From: Lysinibacillus sp.
GTDB lineage: Bacteria > Bacillota > Bacilli > Bacillales_A > Planococcaceae
DNA length: 61,766 nucleotides
Direction of reading: 5' to 3'
Assembly: GCA_045605545.1 (NCBI GenBank)
Contig: JAZUQF010000186.1
Location: 1 to 61,766, forward strand
Below, piece after piece: positions 20,432 to 30,362 of the stretch. Below the pieces are notes generated by a model. The model was not told the origin of the DNA. It did not search any database and was given only the letters and a program-made list of their open reading frames with translations. Position 1 is the stretch's first letter; every line of letters starts with the position of its first letter. The translations under genes and the position numbers were made by a program.

Positions 20432-20440
20432 AGAATTTTC
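20432..20440 (+). repeat. Right 9-bp target-site duplication AGAATTTTC
   Basis: Identical to 19472-19480. Confidence 0.88.
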
Positions 20441-20450
20441 TCGCACTCTT

Positions 20451-21362
20451 TTAATTTTGCCTACTGCGGTAGACAAGTAGAATCATATAGCAGAACAAAC
20501 CGAATAATAGAGTGATGAACAGCGAATGCAGCAGTGACACAACCAGATTCAATTTCGTCAGTACGACGAGCATGCCGGCCAGTACCTGGAGGATTACAAT
20601 CGTAAAGGCGATGATCCATCCCCAATAGATGACGCGCTGCTCTTTATAGTTTTTCACGACATGCCATGTAATATAGGCAATCCAGATAACAATCAGCAAT
20701 ACGGCCAAGCGGTGCCCCATCTGTACCCATTCATACATGTTGTAAGGAAGGGCGAATGGTTCGTCGTTCCGGCAGAAAGGCCAGTCCGGACAGACGAGGC
20801 TTGCATCCGTATGCCGCACAAGCGCACCTGTGTAGACGACAAGGTAGGAATAGAGCGTCACACCGATGATATGCCATTTCAGCTTTTTACCGATAAACAC
20901 TTGATCGGCATCGAACTTCCGGTCAACTTCAAATACAATCAGGGCCAGCAGTAAGACTGCGGTAAAGGAAATGAGCGAGATTCCGAAATGCAGGGCCAAA
21001 ATGAAATCCCCTTGTCCCCACAATACCTGCGCCGCCCCGATCAATGCCTGCAGGACGAGGAAGAAAACGGCGTTGAACCCCAGGAACTTCACTTCTTTGA
21101 TATGTCCCATTGCACGCCATGTCCAGAACACTAAAGCAACGATGAAAAGGGATACTACTCCCGTCACGAGGCGGTGGGAAAATTCAATGAGCACTTCCGT
21201 TGTGATTTCTTTCGGGATAAGAGAACCGTTACAATCCGGCCAGTTGCGCCCGCAGCCAAGGCCGCTGTCGGTTTTTGTAACAAGCGCCCCGCCTATGAGG
21301 ATGAACAGCATGCCGATTGTTGCCGCTACGGCAAGCCATTTTAAATATTTATTATGTTGCAT
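20451..21362 (-). CDS. ctaA: Heme A synthase
   Basis: SGLGCGRNWPDCNG, EFSHR, HFG, CPDWPFC, HR motifs; ATG 21362 after AGGTGG. Confidence 0.95.
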   Translation of the reverse strand: MQHNKYLKWLAVAATIGMLFILIGGALVTKTDSGLGCGRNWPDCNGSLIPKEITTEVLIEFSHRLVTGVVSLFIVALVFWTWRAMGHIKEVKFLGFNAVFFLVLQALIGAAQVLWGQGDFILALHFGISLISFTAVLLLALIVFEVDRKFDADQVFIGKKLKWHIIGVTLYSYLVVYTGALVRHTDASLVCPDWPFCRNDEPFALPYNMYEWVQMGHRLAVLLIVIWIAYITWHVVKNYKEQRVIYWGWIIAFTIVILQVLAGMLVVLTKLNLVVSLLHSLFITLLFGLFCYMILLVYRSRQN

Positions 21363-21488
21363 GATAATGAGCCACCTACTTCTAATTTCAACATCGCTCC
21401 TAAAAAGCGTCTCTAGTTTAAAATGATAGCGAATAAACCAATAAAAGACAATGTTAAACAAGAATACCTTTTTAGGAGAGACTTCCAT

Positions 21489-21530
21489 TTCACAAATTGT
21501 TCATAAATTCGTGCCCGCCCATTCACAAAT
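21489..21530. promoter_or_regulatory. Phased TTCA(C/T)AAAT direct repeats, ResD-type sites
   Basis: Copies at 21489, 21500, 21522 (11 and 22 bp apart); ResD regulates ctaA/ctaB in B. subtilis. Confidence 0.55.
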
Positions 21531-21699
21531 GCTTTTGTAGGATGTATTACTATATATATGATGTTTTACCATGAATTTGCATATCTCTCTTTTCACTAAA
21601 CTTTCTTTGAAATTTGATGAAACGTCTAGAAATCAATTACAAATTTCGATATAGTTAGTGTTAGCGGAATATGCTTACAAAAATGAAAGGAGGGGCTGA

Positions 21700-22110
21700 T
21701 TGTCATTGGCGCCTGATAACGGCGACCAGTTGCTCACTGAACTAGAAACGACATTTATAGTAAATGATCCATCTGCAATCATAACGATTGGAATCGATTA
21801 TTTTTAGTGACACCATTTACATGAATGTGGTTGGCTTTTCAGTTGTTAAAAAGGTATTTCTTACATAAATAAATGTTGAAAATACCAACTATGAATTGAC
21901 ATGAACCCATTCGAACTGATTTGTGAGTGAAATTTTGTTATTAGCGGCAAGGTGCCGACATGTGGGAGCTGGCGATTATAGTTTCTATAAGATAAGAGCC
22001 GTTGAGATAGAGGGGCATGACTGTTGGATGCCATTTGGTGATTATACCTTAATTGGACAAAAAATGTTCAATTGTTATAGTAGGCACTTGCAGGATTTAC
22101 TATTAACATA
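21700..22110 (+). pseudogene. ctaB: Decayed ctaB (heme O synthase) remnant
   Basis: RBS AAAGGAGG + TTG 21700; fragments ETTFIVNDPSAIITIGID, LVTPFT*MWLAFQ, VSEILLLAA, MWELA in CtaB order; stops, frameshifts, large deletions; exact ctaB position; 3' end approximate. Confidence 0.8.
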
Positions 22111-22234
22111 GCTTATTCAATGATAAGCTATAAATGGGAATTCTTTCTTACAACGGCAAGAATTCATATAGAGCTGAACTGTAGTTCTAGTTGCACATGA
22201 AAATACAACAAAGAAAGAGGGGTTTTATTAAGCT

Positions 22235-23299
22235 ATGATGAAAGGGCTTAAAAAATGGCGTCTATTTGCATTGCTATCAGCGTTAACTGTTTTCCTTTCT
22301 GCTTGTGGTGAAGAATACATTTCGACACTCAAGCCAGCCGGTCCGGTAGGGCAAGAGCAGTTAAATATTTTAATTTTATCAGTAATCATTATGGCGTTAG
22401 TAGTTGTCGTTGTTTCAGTTATCTATTTACTTGCTTTTGCCAAATTCCGCCGTTCGAAAGTAGGCGAGGATTTCAAGCCGAAACAAGTAGAGGGCAGCCA
22501 TACGCTGGAAGTAATCTGGACAGTCATTCCAATCATTTTACTTCTAATCCTAGCTGTTCCTACACTTACAGCCACATACAAGTTTGCGGATGTTTCTGCA
22601 ATGGATGCCGTGGATGAAGAGGGGAACAAAACTGCACTTACTGTCAATGTAACTGCAAAATTATACTGGTGGGAGTTCGAGTATCCGGATTTAGGAATCA
22701 TTACGGCGCAGGAGCTTGTCGTTCCGACTGGTGAAAAAGTATACTTCAACCTGCTTGCAGCCGATGTGAAACACTCATTCTGGGTTCCGGCAGTCGGCGG
22801 TAAAATGGATACAAACGTAGACAACCTGAATAAATTCTACCTGGAATTCGATAAGGAATCGGAAGGTTTGAAAGATGGCGTGTTCTACGGGAAATGTGCC
22901 GAGCTATGCGGCCCTTCACATGCTTTGATGGATTTCAAGGTGAAAACATTGCAGCCGGAAGCATTTGATACATGGGTAGCGGCAATGCAGGCTACTGAAG
23001 GCAACACGGCAGATGCAAACTCATCGGACGCTGGTGAGGCCGCATTCGCAAACAGCTGTCTAGGATGTCACGCGGTATCAGCCGTATCTGGTGCAGGCGT
23101 AGGTCCAAACCTGACTACATTCGGAGATCGTAACCGTGTAGCTGGGTTCATGGAGCACTCTGTCGAAGAGACGACTAACTGGATCATGGATCCGGAATAT
23201 TACAAGCCGGGCAACTTGATGACTGACAAATATACAGTTAGTGAGGCTGACGCGCAAGCAATCGCCGAGTACCTGATGACATTAACTGTCGAAGACTAA
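22235..23299 (+). CDS. ctaC: Cytochrome caa3 oxidase subunit II
   Basis: Lipobox LSAC, YWWEFEY, DVKHSFWVP, CuA CAELCGPSHALM, heme c CLGCH. Confidence 0.97.
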   Translation: MMKGLKKWRLFALLSALTVFLSACGEEYISTLKPAGPVGQEQLNILILSVIIMALVVVVVSVIYLLAFAKFRRSKVGEDFKPKQVEGSHTLEVIWTVIPIILLLILAVPTLTATYKFADVSAMDAVDEEGNKTALTVNVTAKLYWWEFEYPDLGIITAQELVVPTGEKVYFNLLAADVKHSFWVPAVGGKMDTNVDNLNKFYLEFDKESEGLKDGVFYGKCAELCGPSHALMDFKVKTLQPEAFDTWVAAMQATEGNTADANSSDAGEAAFANSCLGCHAVSAVSGAGVGPNLTTFGDRNRVAGFMEHSVEETTNWIMDPEYYKPGNLMTDKYTVSEADAQAIAEYLMTLTVED

Positions 23300-23336
23300 T
23301 TCACACTAGATAGAAACTTTGAAGGAGGTTAAAGTT

Positions 23337-25268
23337 GTGAGCTCTGTCGCAAAGAAAAAGGGCTTCGGGGGACATGTTTGGGACTACTTGACGACTGTCG
23401 ATCATAAAAAAATCGCCATTCTTTATTTAGCTGCCGGTACACTGTTCTTCGCAATCGCTGGTTTTGAAGCACTCTTGATGCGTGTTCAACTGATGATTCC
23501 AAATAATGATTTCATCTCAGCAGGCCTATTTAACGAACTATTAACAATGCACGGTACGACGATGCTGTTCCTGGCAGCGACACCGTTGCTATTCGCATTC
23601 ATGAATGCCATCGTTCCTCTTCAAATCGGAGCGCGGGACGTTGCATTCCCATTCCTAAACGCACTTGGATTCTGGTTATTCTTCTTTGGTGCTATATTCC
23701 TTCACCTTTCATTCTTTCTTGGTGGAGCACCTGACGCAGGGTGGACATCATATGCGTCATTATCTTTGTACTCGCCTGGCCATGGAATCGACTTCTATGT
23801 ATTAGGTCTACAAATCTCTGGTGCTGGTACATTGATTTCCGGTATCAACTTCATCGTAACAATCATTACGATGCGTGCACCTGGTATGACTTTCATGCGT
23901 ATGCCGTTGTTCACTTGGACTTCTTTGGTATCAAGTACATTAATCTTATTTGCATTCCCTCCGCTTACTGCAGGTTTATTCCTCATGTTGGTGGACCGTA
24001 TGTTCGGGGCTAACTTCTTCGACCATACAATGGGTGGTAATACAATCATCTGGGAGCACTTATTCTGGATCTTCGGTCACCCGGAAGTATATATCCTAGT
24101 ATTACCGGCGTTCGGTCTATTCTCTGAAATCATTCCGGTATTCGCCCGTAAACGCCTATTCGGATATTCTTCAATGGTATTTGCGACGATTTTAATCGGT
24201 TTCCTAGGGTTCATGGTATGGGCCCACCATATGTTCACAACTGGTCTTGGCGCAACTGCCAATGCAATCTTCGCGGTAGCGACGATGGCCATTGCCGTAC
24301 CAACAGGTATGAAAGTATTCAACTGGATCCTGACGATTTGGGGCGGATCCATCAAAGTTACAGTGCCGATGCTATATGCACTTGGCTTCATCCCGTCATT
24401 TGTAGCGGGTGGTGTTACAGGGGTCATGCAGGCGACTGCTCCACTTGACTACCAACTGCACGATTCTTACTTCATCGTAGCTCACTTCCACTACGTAATC
24501 GTAGGTGGTATCGTAACTGCGTTATTCGGTTCAGCGCACTTCTACTGGCCGATCATGTTCAACCGTACGCTGAGTGAAAAGCTGGGTGTCATTACTTTCT
24601 GGGTATTCTTCATCGGCTTCCATTTGACATTCTTCGTACAGCATTTCTTAGGTTTAATGGGTATGCCACGTCGTGTATTCACGTACATGGATGGCCAAGG
24701 TTGGGATCTATTCAACTTCATCTCGACAATCGGTGCATTAATGATGGGTGTGGGGGTAATCCTACTTGTCATCAACGTATTGCTTTCAATTAAATCGGAA
24801 CCGGTCAACCGCCGCGATTACTGGGGCGATGGACGTTCTCTTGAATGGGCGCTGGAAACGCCGCTTCCATTCTATAACTTCAAACAAATCCCGCTTGTTC
24901 GTGGATTTGACCCGTACTGGATTGAAAAGGAAGAGGGTAATAAAGAGGGGATGGTTTATGCGGAGCCGCTAGGCGACATCCATATGCCAAACAACTCTAT
25001 CCTACCGTTAATCATGTCAATCGGTACATTCATTGCCGCATTCGGCGCCCTGTATAGTCCATGGGGTGACCAGGCGGAAGCGGGTACTGCAGAAAGCGTT
25101 TCTCCAGGTCTATCACTGGCATTGATGATCGGTGGTATGGGGCTTACGATTGCATGTATGATCATCCGTTCGGTAAAAGACGATTTAGGCTACCATGTCC
25201 ATAAGGAAGAGGTAGTGCAAATCGAGAAGGAACTTGCTGAATTCCGTGCAAAAGGGGGTAAACGATAA
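23337..25268 (+). CDS. ctaD: Cytochrome caa3 oxidase subunit I
   Basis: MHGTTM, GHPEVY, WAHHM, HFHY; GTG start after GGAGG. Confidence 0.98.
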   Translation: MSSVAKKKGFGGHVWDYLTTVDHKKIAILYLAAGTLFFAIAGFEALLMRVQLMIPNNDFISAGLFNELLTMHGTTMLFLAATPLLFAFMNAIVPLQIGARDVAFPFLNALGFWLFFFGAIFLHLSFFLGGAPDAGWTSYASLSLYSPGHGIDFYVLGLQISGAGTLISGINFIVTIITMRAPGMTFMRMPLFTWTSLVSSTLILFAFPPLTAGLFLMLVDRMFGANFFDHTMGGNTIIWEHLFWIFGHPEVYILVLPAFGLFSEIIPVFARKRLFGYSSMVFATILIGFLGFMVWAHHMFTTGLGATANAIFAVATMAIAVPTGMKVFNWILTIWGGSIKVTVPMLYALGFIPSFVAGGVTGVMQATAPLDYQLHDSYFIVAHFHYVIVGGIVTALFGSAHFYWPIMFNRTLSEKLGVITFWVFFIGFHLTFFVQHFLGLMGMPRRVFTYMDGQGWDLFNFISTIGALMMGVGVILLVINVLLSIKSEPVNRRDYWGDGRSLEWALETPLPFYNFKQIPLVRGFDPYWIEKEEGNKEGMVYAEPLGDIHMPNNSILPLIMSIGTFIAAFGALYSPWGDQAEAGTAESVSPGLSLALMIGGMGLTIACMIIRSVKDDLGYHVHKEEVVQIEKELAEFRAKGGKR

Positions 25269-25894
25269 TGGATATTAATCAAAAATTTACTCCACAAAAC
25301 TGGCCGCAGCATTCTGAAACGGCTACGATGGAAGGGAAGAACAAGTTCGTCGGCATCTGGATCTTCCTTGCATCCGATACAGTTCTATTCGCCAGCGTAT
25401 TCGCGACATATCTGGCATTAAAGGATCAAGGTCCTGCAGGTATGGAATTCACTGCAAAAGGTCTGTTTGAATTGCCGTTGGCGTTCATCATGACGATGCT
25501 GCTGTTGACATCCTCCCTTACATCGGTGTATGCAATGTACCACATGAAGAACCATAATACGAAGGGTGTCATCACTTGGATGGCTATCACTGTTATTTTG
25601 GGTCTTGGCTTCCTGGCGTTAGAAATTTATGAGTTCTATCATTATGTACACATTGGCTTTGGCTATACGCAATCGGCGTTCTCTTCAGCGTTCTTTACAC
25701 TCGTAGGTACGCACGGGCTGCACGTAGTCATCGGCCTTGTATGGATCACGGCATTAATTCTACGTAATGCAAAACGTGGATTGAATTTATACAACGCGCC
25801 GAAGTTCTTTGCTGCCTCGATTTATTGGCACTTCATTGACGTTGTATGGGTATTCATCTTCACGGTAGTTTACTTGATGGGGGTGTTGGGATAA
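25268..25894 (+). CDS. ctaE: Cytochrome caa3 oxidase subunit III
   Basis: GTHGLHV, YWHFIDVVWVFIF. Confidence 0.96.
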   Translation: MDINQKFTPQNWPQHSETATMEGKNKFVGIWIFLASDTVLFASVFATYLALKDQGPAGMEFTAKGLFELPLAFIMTMLLLTSSLTSVYAMYHMKNHNTKGVITWMAITVILGLGFLALEIYEFYHYVHIGFGYTQSAFSSAFFTLVGTHGLHVVIGLVWITALILRNAKRGLNLYNAPKFFAASIYWHFIDVVWVFIFTVVYLMGVLG

Positions 25895-25895
25895 T

Positions 25896-26237
25896 ATGGC
25901 ACACGAAACTCATTTTGAAACTCGTTCACAAGCCCAGTATGAATACGACCGCGCTCAGAATGCAAAGCACATGCGCAAGCAGGTAACGCAATTTGCGCTG
26001 ATGATTTTTCTTACTTTCATTGCCTTTGCAACGGTAGTGGCAGATTTTTCACCGTTTTTCATCAAGCCGTTTATTCTTTTACTGGCTGGAATACAAGTTG
26101 TACAACAACTTTATTCTTTTATGCACATGGATGAAAAAGAAGCGCCATTTATCGGTGTCATCCAATTCTTCATGTGGGGGGGCGGTTTCATCGCCTTCAC
26201 ATTCTTTGTAGCATTCTTGACAATCATTTGGTGGTAA
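25896..26237 (+). CDS. ctaF: Cytochrome caa3 oxidase subunit IV
   Basis: QVVQQLYSFMHM motif; operon position. Confidence 0.92.
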   Translation: MAHETHFETRSQAQYEYDRAQNAKHMRKQVTQFALMIFLTFIAFATVVADFSPFFIKPFILLLAGIQVVQQLYSFMHMDEKEAPFIGVIQFFMWGGGFIAFTFFVAFLTIIWW

Positions 26238-26252
26238 TCAGAATCATATGGG

Positions 26253-26290
26253 AAAGACGTCTCCAGCCTGCGCTGGAGACGTCTTTTTTT
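26253..26290 (+). terminator. Terminator after ctaF
   Basis: AAAGACGTCTCCAGC / GCTGGAGACGTCTTT perfect stem plus T-run. Confidence 0.9.
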
Positions 26291-26422
26291 AGGGGAAGAA
26301 GAAAATATCATGTCAAGCCACTACTCGGCCTCCATTTAAAAGGTCTATTGTTGGACTGCACATTCCGCTTTCACAAGGTGTTGATTAAATAAAAAGGAAA
26401 AACAACAAATGTAAAAAAGCAT

Positions 26423-26459
26423 TAAACCTAGTTGACTAATAGGGAATCTATAGTATACT
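26423..26459 (+). promoter_or_regulatory. SigA promoter with overlapping CymR-like box
   Basis: TTGACT(26432)-N16-TATACT(26454); TAAACCTAGTTGACTAATAGGGAAT resembles AAWNCN2ANTWNAN3ATMGGAATT. Confidence 0.65.
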
Positions 26460-26474
26460 GATTATAAAGAAAAT

Positions 26475-26594
26475 TCTTCATACGAAGGGGGCAGGCAGGT
26501 TGCCCTTCTAGCTATGGAGATTCATACAATTGCTGACTAGAGGAACTAGAGGCGTGTTAATGCAAGCATCGTGCGGGCGTTAGAGCGCCTTTTT
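26475..26594 (+). promoter_or_regulatory. Structured cysH leader with internal terminator (candidate attenuator)
   Basis: Hairpin 26475-26520; second long hairpin 26550-26590 followed by T-run before the RBS. Confidence 0.5.
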
Positions 26595-26615
26595 ACGTAT
26601 ATAGGGGGGAAAGAA

Positions 26616-27317
26616 ATGTTAACTTATTCTACCTGGCAGCAGCCGGAGCTGGAAATAGAATTGGATGAAACATACAAGGGGGCGCTAGCTGTCCTGGATT
26701 GGGCTTATGGGCATTACAAAGAAGAAATCGTGTATGCATGCAGCTTTGGGATTGAAGGGATTGTACTGATTGATTTGATTTCAAAGGTGAAGCCGGATGC
26801 CAAGATTGTATTTTTGGATACGGATGTCCATTTTAAAGAGACATACGAAACAATCGAGCGTGTAAAGGAGAAGTATCCGCAGCTGCGTATCGAGATGAAG
26901 AAGCCTTCCCTGACACTGGAGGAACAAGCTGAACAATTTGGGCCGGCCCTTTGGGAGAGAGAGCCGAATCAATGCTGTAACATTCGTAAGCTCGTTCCGC
27001 TGAATGAAACATTATCAGGGGCAAAGGCCTGGATATCGGGCCTTCGTCGGGAACAGTCGCCGACACGTGCGAATGTAGAATTCATCAATCTAGATAAACG
27101 ATTCGAGTCGATTAAGATTTGTCCGCTCATTCACTGGACATGGAAGGATGTATGGAGATATGTCTCAAAGCACAATCTCCCTTACAATCCGTTGCATGAC
27201 AAAGGCTATCCGAGTATAGGGTGTGAAACTTGTACAAAGCCGGCCTTTACAATGGATGACTTGCGATCCGGCCGTTGGTCAGGGCAAGGAAAAACGGAAT
27301 GTGGCCTGCACGGCTAA
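26616..27317 (+). CDS. cysH: (P)APS reductase
   Basis: [29 protein letters not shown]; CC+CxxC Fe-S motif. Confidence 0.96.
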   Translation: MLTYSTWQQPELEIELDETYKGALAVLDWAYGHYKEEIVYACSFGIEGIVLIDLISKVKPDAKIVFLDTDVHFKETYETIERVKEKYPQLRIEMKKPSLTLEEQAEQFGPALWEREPNQCCNIRKLVPLNETLSGAKAWISGLRREQSPTRANVEFINLDKRFESIKICPLIHWTWKDVWRYVSKHNLPYNPLHDKGYPSIGCETCTKPAFTMDDLRSGRWSGQGKTECGLHG

Positions 27318-27329
27318 AGGGGGAGTTCT

Positions 27330-28394
27330 ATGCTCGAATATATCGCGATTGCCATTGCACTCTTTTTTGCGGCGAACATAGGAGCGAGCGGCGCCGCGGC
27401 CTCGATGGGGGTGGCGTACGGCTCGGGGGCGATCAAGAATGCCAGGGTGGCGCTGCTTGTCTGTGCCGTCGGTGTCCTATTAGGGGCGGTGGTAGGCGGG
27501 GGGGAGGTCGTCAAAACAATCAGTGGCGGCATCATCCCGGAAAGCATCATCACGGTGAAGCTTGTCATCATCATCCTCATTGCAGCGACAAGTACCTTGT
27601 TTATTGCAAATTTAATGGGTATTCCTTTATCGACAAGTGAAGTGACGGTGGGGGCGATTGTGGGGGTAGGAGTTGCCTATCAGGTACTCTTCATCGACAA
27701 ATTGCTCTATATTATGGCTTTTTGGGTAATCATTCCGGCGGTGGCATTCATCATGCTGTACCTTGGAGGGAAGGTGCTGTATTTTCTGCAAGGGAAGGGC
27801 CGTTTGAAGGACCGGCCTCTCTTTACATACTTGCTGATCCTTGCAGGTTTTTTTGAAGCCTTCTCGGCAGGGATGAACAATGTCGCGAACGCGGTCGGAC
27901 CACTTGTAGGGGCGAGCATCATGACGGTGCCCCAGGGGATCTGGATCGGCGGTATCTTCGTCGGGCTGGGTGCAATTCTTCTCGGGAAGCGGGTGCTGGA
28001 GACGAATGGCAAAAAGATTACCCGTTATGAAAAGACGGAAGGGATTTTAATTTCCAGCACAGGGGCGATATTGGTGACGATCAGTTCCATCTTCGGGCTT
28101 CCCGTCCCATTAACGCAGGTCACTTCCTCCGGCATCATCGGGCTGGGGGTGGCAAAGAATGGCGCCAAAGTATTTGATAAGAATATCGTCAAAAAGATTG
28201 TGAGAATTTGGATTGTGTCCCCGTTGTTCTCGCTGGCGATATCCTATATGCTCGTCAAGGTCTTCGTTGAAAGCGATTTTTATTCACTTGTTGTGCTCGC
28301 AAGCATAGCCATCGCAATCATCGGCTCCATGAGCTTGTTGAAGATAGTACGGGAAGAGACAAGGACATTCAATGATGAAGGATCAGGGATTTAA
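27330..28394 (+). CDS. cysP: Pit-family sulfate permease
   Basis: NIGASGAAASMG, GIPLSTSE, GMNNVANAVGP. Confidence 0.9.
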   Translation: MLEYIAIAIALFFAANIGASGAAASMGVAYGSGAIKNARVALLVCAVGVLLGAVVGGGEVVKTISGGIIPESIITVKLVIIILIAATSTLFIANLMGIPLSTSEVTVGAIVGVGVAYQVLFIDKLLYIMAFWVIIPAVAFIMLYLGGKVLYFLQGKGRLKDRPLFTYLLILAGFFEAFSAGMNNVANAVGPLVGASIMTVPQGIWIGGIFVGLGAILLGKRVLETNGKKITRYEKTEGILISSTGAILVTISSIFGLPVPLTQVTSSGIIGLGVAKNGAKVFDKNIVKKIVRIWIVSPLFSLAISYMLVKVFVESDFYSLVVLASIAIAIIGSMSLLKIVREETRTFNDEGSGI

Positions 28395-28424
28395 ACCAAC
28401 TATACAAAATTGGAGGAATTAGAA

Positions 28425-29564
28425 ATGAGTTTACAACCACATGGCGGAAAGTTGATAGATGCATATTATCCAGAAACAGATGTAACGGCACTGACAAAGG
28501 AAATAGAAATCGATGCCATCTCTTTAAGTGACCTTGAGCTGATTGCAATCGGGGCATACAGCCCAATCAACGGATTCCTGAACAAGGATGACTACCAAGG
28601 GGTAGTGAAAAACATGCGTCTAGCATCAGGCATCGTTTGGAGCATCCCGATTACATTACCAGTAGAGCCGGCCGTGGCACAGACGCTTGTCACAGGCGAA
28701 GAAGTCAAGCTTGTCCAAGATGGTACGGTGTACGGTACACTGACGGTCGGCGATATATACGAGCCTGATAAGGAAGAGGAAGCGGTGAATGTATACGGGA
28801 CGGATGACAAGGCACATCCCGGTGTCGCCAAATTATTTGAGCGTCCATCCGTCTATGTGGGGGGATCTGTAAAGCTGATTAAAAAGTCAGAAAAACCTTT
28901 CCCTGCCTATACGTTCGAACCGAAGGAAACGCGCCGACTGTTCAAGGACAAAGGCTGGAAGACGATTGTAGGCTTCCAGACGCGCAATCCCGTCCACCGT
29001 GCCCATGAGTACATCCAAAAAGTGGCGCTCGAGATTGTAGACGGACTGTTTTTAAATCCACTTGTAGGGGAAACGAAGTCGGATGACATCTCGGCGGCCA
29101 TCCGTATGGAAAGCTACGAGGTGCTATTGGAGAAATATTATCCACAGGAGCGTGTGCAGCTTGGGGTATTCCTTGCCGCAATGCGCTATGCAGGACCACG
29201 CGAAGCAATCTTCCATGCGCTGGTTCGCAAAAATTATGGATGCACGCATTTCATCGTCGGCCGCGACCATGCAGGTGTGGGCGACTACTACGGCACATAT
29301 GACGCACAGAAGCTGTTTGACCTGTTTGAACCAGAGGAAATCGGCATCATCCCGCTGAAGTTTGAGCACAGCTTCTACTGCACGGAATGTGAAGGAATGG
29401 CGACGACGAAAACATGTGCGCATGGAGCGGCGTCACGTGTCATCCTATCGGGGACGAAGGTTCGTGAAATGCTGCGGGCAGGAGAAGTTCCTCCGAGCAC
29501 ATTCAGCCGTAAGGAAGTAATCGAAGTGTTGATTCGCGGACTACGCGAAGAAGCAATGGTTTAG
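28425..29564 (+). CDS. sat: Sulfate adenylyltransferase
   Basis: [34 protein letters not shown]. Confidence 0.97.
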   Translation: MSLQPHGGKLIDAYYPETDVTALTKEIEIDAISLSDLELIAIGAYSPINGFLNKDDYQGVVKNMRLASGIVWSIPITLPVEPAVAQTLVTGEEVKLVQDGTVYGTLTVGDIYEPDKEEEAVNVYGTDDKAHPGVAKLFERPSVYVGGSVKLIKKSEKPFPAYTFEPKETRRLFKDKGWKTIVGFQTRNPVHRAHEYIQKVALEIVDGLFLNPLVGETKSDDISAAIRMESYEVLLEKYYPQERVQLGVFLAAMRYAGPREAIFHALVRKNYGCTHFIVGRDHAGVGDYYGTYDAQKLFDLFEPEEIGIIPLKFEHSFYCTECEGMATTKTCAHGAASRVILSGTKVREMLRAGEVPPSTFSRKEVIEVLIRGLREEAMV

Positions 29565-29574
29565 GAGGAAGAAT

Positions 29575-30168
29575 ATGAGCACAAACATCGTATGGCATGA
29601 AGCCTCTATCAAAAAAGAACAGCGCCGTGAAAAGAACGGCCATTCAAGCTTTATTCTCTGGTTTACGGGACTTTCCGCATCGGGCAAGTCGTCCGTTGCC
29701 AATGCCTTTGCCCATAGGCTGTTCGAAGAAGACAAGCAGGCATTTGTTTTGGATGGGGACAATATCCGCCATGGTCTGAACAGCGACCTAGGTTTCGATG
29801 AGGCGAGCCGCAAGGAAAACATCCGCCGCATCGGGGAAGTGGCTAAACTGTTTGTGGAGGGAGGCCAGATTGTACTGACGGCCTTCATCTCCCCATACCG
29901 GGAAGACCGGCAAGTCGTGCGCAACCTGGTGCAGGAGGGCGAATTCATTGAAGTGTTCGTCAAATGCTCGGTGGAGGCGTGTGAAAAACGCGATCCAAAA
30001 GGGCTCTATAAAAAGGCGCGCAATAATGAAATTCCGAATTTCACAGGCATCACAGCCCCATACGAGGAACCGGTCAATCCGGAGATTATCCTGGATACGG
30101 AAAACCAAACGATCGAGGAATGTGTGGAGCAGCTGCAGAGCATACTAAAGGAAAAAGGATATATCTAA
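29575..30168 (+). CDS. cysC: Adenylyl-sulfate kinase
   Basis: [25 protein letters not shown]. Confidence 0.97.
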   Translation: MSTNIVWHEASIKKEQRREKNGHSSFILWFTGLSASGKSSVANAFAHRLFEEDKQAFVLDGDNIRHGLNSDLGFDEASRKENIRRIGEVAKLFVEGGQIVLTAFISPYREDRQVVRNLVQEGEFIEVFVKCSVEACEKRDPKGLYKKARNNEIPNFTGITAPYEEPVNPEIILDTENQTIEECVEQLQSILKEKGYI

Positions 30169-30174
30169 CAGGTC

Positions 30175-30205
30175 AAGCGGTCGACGCCAGTCGGCCGCTT
30201 TTTTT
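30175..30205 (+). terminator. Terminator of cys operon
   Basis: AAGCGGTCGAC / GTCGGCCGCTT plus T-run. Confidence 0.85.
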
Positions 30206-30333
30206 GGGGATGGTCAATATTAAAAGAGTAATAGAAGGGTGGTGAATCTATCCTGCGTCAACTAGGAACCGCCCTTTCTTCCTCCAATGCTTTCTAGTAA
30301 TGCTAGAAGTATGCAATTGTCATAGTATGTTCA

Positions 30334-30362
30334 TTGAAGTCTTTATCCAAGAACTCTATAAT
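30334..30362 (+). promoter_or_regulatory. Putative SigA promoter of ctaG
   Basis: TTGAAG-N17-TATAAT. Confidence 0.6.

Noticed and set aside
21363-21488. N-terminal extensions in the ORF track (ctaA, yktA, cysH, murE, rsmD, coaD, murD)
   Set aside because: Downstream starts have proper RBS and match family N-termini
21923-22111. 62-aa ORF as a real gene
   Set aside because: No RBS; best explained as a ctaB pseudogene fragment
26470-26600. Canonical SAM-I or T-box riboswitch
   Set aside because: Core conserved motifs are missing; kept only as a non-canonical leader
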